A stretch of 61,710 nucleotides of DNA, the filler included. It is 6 parts of 6 records of this genome, joined end to end, with 100 filler letters (N's around TTAATTAATTAA, not from the genome) between each part and the next. Parts side by side here need not be neighbours in the genome. Positions count along the whole stretch, not along the records: positions 39,850 to 55,991 come from SRR2962707_1016; positions 56,092 to 61,710 come from SRR2962707_1021; 4 more parts are not named here. One strand, written 5' to 3'. This document shows, piece by piece, positions 52,601 through 61,710 of this stretch (position 1 is its first letter; every line of letters starts with the position of its first letter). Under the pieces are notes generated by a model that ran no database searches, was not told the DNA's origin, and was given only the letters and a program-made list of their open reading frames with translations. A program made the translations under genes and the position numbers.

Positions 52601-55600
52601 GTCTTGCACAGTCATCTCTCTCCACGCATCGAACTCCCAACGAGACCACCGCGTCACCACTTCGTCGCACCCAGGAATTGACAGCCTTTGAGGTGTTTGT
52701 GGGTCCATCAAATTCACGGCGCCTTCGGAAAGTGCCAGGTTCAAGTTGGCGTCCCGGAATATGGCGATGCGTCCGTCTAGCGAGATGCCTGACACTGGAG
52801 GGTGTGCGAAGCACTCGCTGCCATGGTGCAGCCGAAACTTCACCACTTTGACCATTTCGATAATCACCAAGCCAGCTACGGCCGAAGTAGTTGTAGCAAT
52901 TGCAGGGATAATTTTCCCCGCGATCACCTTCGTCTCCTCGAACGACAATGGTTCAATTCCGTAACTGCAAGCTCGAATATTCGAAGCAGCGTTTACAAGG
53001 GCTATATGTCCGTTGTTGTCGTCGTCTTTTTCAAAAAACGTCGTGCGAAGATTCCGTAAGCTGTAAAGAGCTGAGGAGCGACCACCACGAGCACCAACGA
53101 TTTTCCGCACAAGTTCTGTTGCATCGACTTCCTCCTTCGCGTGCGCCTTTTCCTGCTTCCATACTGATTCAATCTTGGGAACGCGAGTGCGAAGCACTTC
53201 GCAAAAATTGCCTTTGTCGGCCACTCCCCCACTCAGCTTTGTGTCAACGCCGAACATTTCTGCCGACAGCCGCGTAAAAGCATGCACGAAAGCAACATGG
53301 GTCTCGTTGTTAAGGCTGAATGTTGGAGCGGTGGGGGGCCGCCGCGGTGGAGACCAAAAGGGCTTTTCGTGCTCCACCCCACTTTCATCCTTGTACCTGG
53401 CGCAAATGTTTGACCAAACCACAAACAAGGGATGTCATGAACCACAGCAGCCACTTGAAACATCGGGCATGCGTTGGGGCGCAAATGCAACATTTCTTAC
53501 ACAATAGTTTCATTGAGAGGGTGAGCGTCCAGCAACTCTCGAATGTTGCTCACAAAGTGTTCATGAAACGCTTTGAGCGCGAGATCGACACAGTCTTGCC
53601 ACCGTGCTGGGCGGTGCTGCATGAAATAGTCGATCTTCTGGAGCACTGGGAGCTCGATTTGTAGAGAAGCGACAGTGCTTCGGTGGGCAGCAATGTGCCG
53701 AGATGCTTTGACAATCTGCGACGGTCCGCTTTCTCCATCGCAGAAGTGATTACGGAGAAGCTCCTTTGCCCACCCGATCGTGTGATTGATGGAAGTCGGA
53801 AATGAGTGAATAACACACTCTGGAATGCTTTCCTGGACATCCGCATCCCGCAGTGCGCCCCACGTCTCTGTATGGTGCGGAATCATCACCTGCACGTGCG
53901 CCTACGATTGCAGCAAGATCACCTTTCAACAAATCGGCCATCTGCACGCAGCAGTGAAGACACATATAAAATGCATACCCTCCTTACCTGTGTTCCTGTG
54001 GTTCCAGAGTCGATGAGTGGGACTCGCGCTGCAATGCAGCGAGCATCAGTGTAGCTACGAGCTTGCACGTTGTCGAGTGCGTTCAGTACGCAGCCAAACT
54101 GTGCCCAGAACGCATGCGTAAACTGGGTTTCAGTCTCAGGACACACTTTCTCTGCCAAGTTTTGCACCTACGCGAACCCAATAACGAGCTAAGGCAAGAA
54201 TACGACGCATCCATTCAGGGTCAACTGGCTGGCAACTCCAGAAAAAAAATGACCTGGAAATTGGGGCGAATGGACTTGATGGCCTTGACAGCGGCCTCGG
54301 ATTTGACGCAATCAACATCCTGGCTGCTGAACAAGAATTGGCGACACAGATTGGATGCTTCAACCGTATCTGGGTCTGTTACGTACGACTTCGCGTTTTG
54401 CGACGAAGAAACTCCGAGCTGCGCGAGATTTTTTATTAGCTCACACCCAATAGCGCCGCTCCCGACAACAAACACGGAAAGACTGTCAAGCGCTTGTGCA
54501 ACGTCTGAGCCAATCGACCGCGCGCGGGCGCGCCGGACGGCAATTGCAGCGGATTGTGGCACGGAAACTGGCGCATCCAAGTTTTCTGAAGCGCTTGCAC
54601 TGGGAGCGAGCTCCAGCACGTCGATGTAACTGCACACACACAACAGGCACAAAGATTCAAGAAACGGCCAACCGCCAAACCAATCAAATGAAGTGTCAGG
54701 CAAGCGTGCGCCACGCACAGAAACTGGCTCAACGGCGTGTATTTTTGCATGATGCCTTTCAGTCCTTCCTGAGCAACAATTCCTCCCATCACCGCGTGCA
54801 ACGGAGTGAACATGCCGCCGGCCGAACGCCAGAAACGAGCGACGAGGTCGTCTTCGTGTGGGCCCATTTCGAAAGTTGTTCCATTCGCGTCATTATACTG
54901 GCGAACGAGCTCGAGCACTTCCAGCTTAAAGCGGTGATAGAGGCTGGGTTCACGTTGAGGGTCGTTGGGCCAACGTGAAAACTGAGGGCCTGCGTTCATA
55001 GGCTTAATTTGGTGGGCTTGCAGCGTGTGAAGGGCTCGTATCATAAAATGAAGCAGCAATTCGTGTCGAACGCTAGATGCCCCAAATGACTTGACCATGT
55101 CTGCCATCACCAGGACTGAAGCGGACGATTTGCTTGCGTCATCGAAGGTGCGGAACTCTAGATGCTGGGCCACCTTCACCTCCTGCACAGTCGCCACTCG
55201 TCGAAAAGGGTCGAACACCGCTTCCGCACCATTTGCATCAATGAAGAACGAAAACGGATCACGAACTGTTACAGTGTACACCTGCGCGCACGAAATGTGG
55301 GGCCCGGGGTATGCAGGTTCAACGACATTGTTGATTTAGTCGCGGGCGTGAGCCCACAACTCCGAAATTGCAATCAAAAGCCTCAATCACATCGCCAACA
55401 CACCTGCTGCAACGTATTGTCGTTTCCTTTGAACTTAACCCGTGCCCCGCTCTGAAGGCGGTGGCGGATTCGGTCCGGCTCTGCAGACACGTCGTCCGGA
55501 TTCGCCTTGATGGTTGTGAGCAACGCTGGATTGTCGCGAGAAACGCCTTCCACCAAAAACTCGAGGGGCGGTTGGCCATCCGCATTGTGCGTGGTAAAAT

Positions 55601-55991
55601 GCGGCCCAAAATCGTTGAAAACCCACGCAACCAAGCCTTCCACCCCTGCCGCAATCAGCGGCACCCCATCCGCCCGGCACGCAGCGTTGACCTCCTCGAT
55701 GGAGGCGTGCGAGTGCCCAACCAGGATAACGAGGTCAAAATGCCGCACCAAATTCACAGGTTTCGGAGCACCCGGCACTGCACTCGCGCCGCGCCCATCT
55801 TCTCCACCGCGTGCAGCCAGCAGTGATCCGCGCAAAACCTGCACGTCGACCATTGGATTCTGACGTCGCAGAGCTTCCACTGTCGCGTCTGCACGCGAAA
55901 ATGTCACGCCACAGCTGCTACCACCACTGCTGCTCTTCTGGCCGGCGTGCCCTTGCTGTGATTGCTGCTCCTGCTGCTGCTGCTGCTGCTG
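46617..55991 (-). CDS. 5'-truncated multi-exon gene: UBA1/UBA6-like E1, GST-like domain, BIRC6-type E2 (UBC), then probably UBA-like and NZF/RanBP2 zinc fingers (about 2850 codons visible)
   Basis: Exons 55991-55404, 55281-54719, 54629-54254, 54167-53988, 53901-53501, 53396-50259, 50170-50004, 49879-49507, 49383-46617, all phase-consistent; GSGAIG, SNLCRQFLF, NALDN, IPECVIHSFP, FEKDDD, KIIPAIATTT; UBC RFNANLY..GKVCLSLLGTW. Confidence 0.8.
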
Positions 55992-56091
55992 NNNNNNNNN
56001 NNNNNNNNNNNNNNNNNNNNNNNNNNNNNNNNNNNTTAATTAATTAANNNNNNNNNNNNNNNNNNNNNNNNNNNNNNNNNNNNNNNNNNNN
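55992..56091. other. Artificial contig spacer
   Basis: N44-TTAATTAATTAA-N44. Confidence 0.99.
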
Positions 56092-56554
56092 ACTCACTCA
56101 CTCACTCTCACTCACGCACGCCCTCACACACGCTGCCTGTTCGACTGCTGCTGCCTCGTTCCCTTGCGCCCGGCTCACTCGGACACACAGACACAAGACG
56201 CAGACGCAGACGCAGACAGACACACGACGCAAAACTCGCAACGACTGACTCGTTGGAGACTCACTTCGCTGCCGCACGAAGAGGACTCGCGTCGACTCGC
56301 TCGGGGCAGAGAATCGTTCACGCAATTGCTGGCTTGTTCAAAGGTATTGTTGTCCAGCAACAGTACGCACGCACGCACGGACGGATGATCTTTCGTTCCA
56401 ACGTCGCCGGCTCCGCTGGATTTTTTTTGTGTTTGGTTTTGTGTTTTGTGTTTTGTTTTGCGGTGTTGTTGTGGCAGTTTTCGGCAACTCTTTCTACCGG
56501 TTCCAGCCAACCTACCACTGTTGGACTCGCCCTGTGCATCCACTCAAGGCCGCG

Positions 56555-59500
56555 ATGCCAGCTTCCAGCGACAAAGCAGCAGCAGGTGGCGGCGCAAACC
56601 CGCGTGATGAACCGGATCCCAGCAACGATGCGTCTGCGTCCTCCTCTGCTTCATCTTCCTCTTCCTCTTCATCGCCTTCTGTTTCCGCCACACCTGTTTT
56701 CGCGGTTGTCGCTCAGCCTGTCGATGCAGATTCAGCGTCAACAAGGGAGCGCGCTGCCGCGGTCAGCGTCTCGGCCACGAAGGCCGCCCCTCAAAAGCGC
56801 AAGAATACTGCAGGTGCCGGTTCCACTGCAAGTAGCAGTGGGGCGGATGGCAACGATGGTGCTCCTGCCCACAAGAAAGGGACCACGCGCGAAGAGGGAG
56901 CTCCAGCGCCCCCGAGCCAGCCGGCTCCAGGTGGGGGGGCTTCAAAGCCGAAGAAAAAGCGTGGGCGTCCGCGCATATCTGAAGAAGAAAAGGCCATTCG
57001 CAAGGCCGCTAAGGACGCGGCGAAGGCCAAGCGCAAAAAGAAGAGGCTCGGCCGCCCGCCTCGTATCACCCAACGCAGCCGACCGTGGGAAGAAAACCCC
57101 AATCTCTCCCACCAGGAACGCGCGGTGCGTCGCTGTGTGTGCAAAACCCGACCCGACGACACTCGATTGGTTGCGATGTGTTTGCTTGCTTGGCGTGTTG
57201 TCGGCCGCGCCCGCTGGTTCTGAAGTGATTTGCCATTTTTGCATTCGAACGGCTGGTGCAGGCTGAGCGCCGCGCCATCCTCAATGCATTCTCGTGGGAA
57301 ATCGCTTACGGTCTAAAGCGCAAATTTTTCACGGACGACCCTGCGGGTCGTTGCACATCCGTAATTCGTTTCTCGCGGTTCGTGTCCAGTTTTGTATCGA
57401 ACTGCCTTGCTCTGTGCGAGAACATGGGGTTAGCATCTGCGTTGTCGTGAAACTTACGATTGTCGGGGATAATCTCTTTGCATCAGCGACTACACCCGCC
57501 GAGTGCCGATGCCTCTGTTGAAGCGACGCCTGGTGTGTGGTGCAGATGTTTTTTGCGGCTGCGAACGCTGTATTGGCCTGGGAATGTTACAATCCGCACC
57601 GCGATGCTTTTGTCTGTGCCTGTAGGGCGAGTTCGCTAAGCATTGCCCGGTGTTGAGCAGTTTGCATGCGCAAGAGATTTTGTGGCACGACCTCTCCCAC
57701 AAGGCAAGCAGAATAGTTTTTCGGACTCCGCGCGGTGCCTCGTTACATGTTTTGCGCGCCCATCGCGCAGGTGAATGGTGGACTTGGTACAAACGTCGTT
57801 CGCTCATGCTCTCTCTGTGTTGCTGGACGACGTTTCTGTTCAGATTGGCGCTTTCTCGGACGCTATTGTGTGGATCATTCGTGGATTTCTGTATCCGCTG
57901 TCACGTATTGAGGTGGAGGTTTGTGCAGCTGTGCTCGAATGAAAGTGTGAGTGTTTGCTGCAGGCCGAGGCGCCCACGGTGACGTCAGTTTTGCTGTGAT
58001 GTTGTCTCGTAAGGGCGCCTCCATTCGTTTGAAAAAATTTAAAAGCAAGGAAGGCCTCCACATTGCCCTCCCAGCGTCGAAATCATTGAGCCAGGTGCAC
58101 TATCCCTCATGGCATCTTGCCCGCAGTTGTTTTTCATGTAGCAATCAATCTGATTTTCGAATTGGGCCGTTTTCTGTGTCTGCCTCGTGCCAACGCGGCA
58201 TTTTTCAGGTCGGCAGAGCGTTGAAATTACAGCATGTGTGGGGCAGCCGCAGCCAGGACCTCACCTCCCCAGTTGTGAATCGTCCCTCGCTGGTAAGCCG
58301 CGACCTATTTGCGCCATCACGAATCAGTGAAGTGGTCCGCAATTGTTGCTGAGATTCACCACGTGTACTTGAATTTGCTATGACCTTGGGAATTAGGTGG
58401 AGCAAATCAAAGTTGCCGAGGTTTGTGCCGGCCGTCTCCATTGAATTCGGCGACCGTGCGCACCTCTGCTGCCATGCTTTGGTTGAATGAACCGTTTCAT
58501 TTTCTGACTTGTGCTCCGCGTTTGTTCGAACCTGCACAGGCTGCCATCGGCAAAGCTGATGTTCTTCGCGTGCTCAACATGCCAGCGGAAGTGCCGTACG
58601 AGCAGCCCCACACCGTTGATCTCCTGCTTCGTGGATACGGCAAATTTTTCGCCGGCGCTGTTGCACAGGTATGGGCGTGTTTTTGCTGCTGCCAGCAGCA
58701 ACACACGAAATATTTGGCTCCACTTCGTGAGCATTTTCCGCTTCGAGGGCCTCACTCCTAATCCGACCCGCAGGTTCAAGTTCCTGACGACTGGGCGGTG
58801 TCAAATCTGCATGGCCTCGTCAAAGATATTTTCTCGAAACGCTGTGGCGCGGAAAAGTTCAGTGACAGTGGGATTTTGTGTGTTGATTGCGGCAGCGAAG
58901 AGAGAGAGGTTCGTTCCGAGAGGCCCGGTGGACATGGATGGCCATACTCATTTCAGCTTGGTTGTCGAGCCATTGTCACTTAATTATGCATTGCGCCTAA
59001 TTTTTGACTGGTGTATCTAACGGTAGCCGACGTACAGGGCCCGACCCCGCTCCCAGCTACGGTTCACGGCCGACAACAAACATGACCCAGAGCAGTATGA
59101 TGCCGATATTGCAAAATCTCGCATGTCGGCGAGCACATCGAGAGCGGCTGATGGTTCTTCTTCTTCGGCGGAAGGGGCCACCGCAACCGACAACACTGAG
59201 TCCAGCGCTTCAGCACCTGCCCCTACCGTCGTTGCAACCGTTCAATCACCGTCGTCAGCTGATACAGGAAGCCGAGCAACCGCTGTCGTGGCCCGAGCGG
59301 CATCATGGCAGGCAGTGATGTCCTCGCAGCGCGCCAGCTCGTCCGCTTCCTCAGCTGCAGCGTCGGCATCTGCTCTTGGTGAATCGTCGGCAGCATTGTC
59401 ACACGATGGCCACTCCTCGGACGATGAATCTGTGGGTGAAGGTGGCAGACTGTCTGGGCGCCCTGTCGTCATTGATGTGAAACCCGTCGGTGGAGGGCAT

Positions 59501-60380
59501 GCTGGTGCAGGCCGCGCCATCAAGCTCGGTTCGCATGCCCAAATGAAGGTACCACTTCCCTCGAACACTCTGCTGTCCTGTTGGCGCGATGGATACAGGA
59601 GAGACGGTGTTCACTTTGTTTTCTGTTCCGTGTTTTAGGCCGCCGCTATGCAATCGAAAACGCAGTTTGTAGAACGTAAACTCATGATGGACAGGTCTCA
59701 TACCATGTCCGTGATGTACGCGCTTCGCGAGGTGTGTCAAAGATCATGGTAAAAGGAGGGCGCGTCGTGATTGGTGCTGTGGACTACGGCAGTGCATTTT
59801 CAACTCACCATTGATTTGACTATTGTTCAGTTAAGTGGTTTCCTTGGTTCGGACCGTGAGACGAAACTCGCTGACGCGCTCCCTCTTTGTGGAAACTGGT
59901 ACACCATTGGCGATGCTATTCCGGGCCCGGAGGACAGCATCTGTACTCCAATGGTGGTCCGTCCTGCACCCACAGCGCTAACCTGTGGACACATGGGCCA
60001 GGTTAAATCACAGTTCCCTCGTCACGTGCATCGTGTTTGTCTGTGTATTTGTGGTAATGCCGTTCACGCAGATTGTCGTCGAGCGTTCACGCAGTGGAAA
60101 GAAGCCTGCCCTCAAGGCTCGCTTGGAGTGTGGTTCACTGCCAGCCGATCCTATTACAAGCCGTTGGCACGAACGGCCCCCTGCCGACAAAAACCACTTT
60201 TCAGTTCAGGTTCGTGTGTCTGTTTCTGCCTCCCGGTTGTGCTCGCGAGTGCCCACCTTCACGTACCAACATCAACATTATGTCTAAAAATTGCAGATGC
60301 TTCGGCGATCCCCGCGATTCGCCGACGAATCCAAGTATCCGAAAATACGCATTATATCTGCTCCGGAGAGTTTCCTTTGA
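56555..60380 (+). CDS. Multi-exon eukaryotic gene with AT-hook motifs, function unknown
   Basis: Ser/Ala-rich N-terminus, KKRGRPR and RLGRPPR; GT-AG introns e.g. 57125-57261; last exon 60297-60380; middle exons not fully resolved. Confidence 0.5.
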
Positions 60381-60716
60381 GCGTGATGCGGGTGTTTGCC
60401 AGTTTGTGTTTCAAGTACCACACAATCGTGCATTGCGCTTATCGCGGCAAAAAAGACCACGAAGTGATATCTATTCCTGCCAGTTCCCCCTCCCCCATAA
60501 CTGCAACAGCGCGCAGCTTGCATTTTTTTTAATTAATAAAACCATTGAATTCAATTAATAAAAAATTAAAATTAATTTTTAATAAAAAATAATAAAAAGT
60601 AAAACGTGTGAGAACCAAACTCAACGCAGTCAATTGCCCGTGTGTACCCAATCTGAACTAGCGTGAGTCTACCGGCCAGAGCGTCTTGGAGCTACACTGC
60701 TGTTGGCCTTGGTTTT

Positions 60717-61422
60717 TCAGGGGATACAGTTGCGACGTGACTGCGTGGACCGCCATTGTTGCTTTCTGCCGCAACAATCTTGTCGTTCGTGTCTTTCAGA
60801 TGCGGCCATCACTACAGCAATAATTGCCACCAGGAGCGACACGTTGGCGATTGTAATGGACACCGCCGCAAGGACATGCAGCTGCTCGACGGCAGCGGCA
60901 TTGCTTTCTGGGACAGTCAGTCCAGACTCTGACGCACTGCCTCCGCCAATGGAATCCAAGATCGGCGCGAATGGCTAGAATGGCGGCCGAATTCAGCGTC
61001 GTTTCAATTACGTTCGCTGCCGCATCTGCCAACAGCGTAGCGATATCAGATTTCACAGCAGCAATGTCTTGGGTGTTGTTGGAAGTGTCTGCTTGGACGG
61101 ACACGAGTGCGGTTTCAGCAGCTGAGATGCTCTCTCCATTGGCTACAATACTTGTTCGATGTGTCTCGATGGATTTAGAATTTTCACGTGTCAAGTTAGC
61201 GAGCATGGCAATAGAACCATTGAGCAACTCCACCCGCCTCTATAGGGCAGCAATGGCTGCAGAATTTGAGTCGGCTTTTGCGTGGACAGCTGTATCTTCC
61301 GCAACCAAGGAACTCACAGTTGTCTCGATGTCCGCAACATCATCGGCATTTTCATCGATGGCTGAGCCTTGCGCTTGCAGTTTTTCCTTAAGTGCTTGTA
61401 GGTGGTTCGATGCCAGTCGCAC
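60717..61422 (-). pseudogene. Disrupted coiled-coil protein with C-terminal TM helix
   Basis: ORFs 61422-61240 and 61233-60796 share a frame split by TAG (61240-61242); a frameshift near 60960 leads into a hydrophobic TM segment. Confidence 0.55.
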
Positions 61423-61710
61423 AGACGCTATTTGATGAGATAGACAGTTGGGATCCTTCGGATGCTTCAGATTTATTCGATTTTCTGAATTATTGAAATT
61501 CCGGACAACGTGGACTGTCTCCCGATTTTCGATTTTCGGAAAATCGGAAAATCGAATTTTCCGAATTTTCCTGATTACACAGATTGATAGGATTGATTGG
61601 ACGAGTTCTACCGGTAGTTTGTCGGCTTCAACAAGAAGAAGTAAAGTCCGTGGGCGTGGGTGGCAGTTGGTGCTCTCGCGTCTCTCTCGATAGTCTACTC
61701 TCTCTCTCTG

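Noticed and set aside
55960-55991. (CTG)n tract as a non-coding microsatellite
   Set aside because: It reads in frame as poly-Gln in the E1 gene on the minus strand; the contig simply breaks there
13910-56091. Recurring TTAATTAATTAA motif, and bacteria-to-eukaryote gene transfer across it
   Set aside because: It is a concatenation linker, so adjacency across spacers has no biological meaning

Overview
This window is not one locus. It is six unrelated contigs joined by 100-nt N/TTAATTAATTAA spacers (13910-14009, 22520-22619, 33473-33572, 39750-39849, 55992-56091). (1) 1-13909: a gammaproteobacterial (Marinobacter-like, by inference) replication-terminus region with redox/stress genes, four nod-box-like LysR sites, the chromosomal dif site, and a 725-bp Xer-integrated mini-element with a rolling-circle nick hairpin. 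(2) 14010-22519: alphaproteobacterial tamA-tamB-msrB-msrA-selO. (3) 22620-33472: alphaproteobacterial hflK-hflC-DUF2065-degP cluster interrupted by an nhaA-containing block, plus mrp and a sensor kinase. (4) 33573-39749: Rhodobacteraceae-like fabD-fabG-acpP, Fe(III)-binding protein and mazG. (5) 39850-55991: an intron-containing protist contig with a CAP-Gly/EF-hand protein ending in a degenerate kinesin-14-like motor, and a gene of more than 2800 codons fusing a UBA1/UBA6-like E1, a GST-like domain and a BIRC6-type E2, probably continuing into UBA-like and NZF zinc-finger domains. (6) 56092-61710: a second protist contig with an AT-hook gene and a broken coiled-coil membrane-protein gene. The top candidates are the single-chain E1-GST-E2 ubiquitin cascade, the dif mini-element, the pseudo-kinesin and a MexT-like small-secreted-protein regulon. 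All family calls come from motif recognition by eye; no database search was run.
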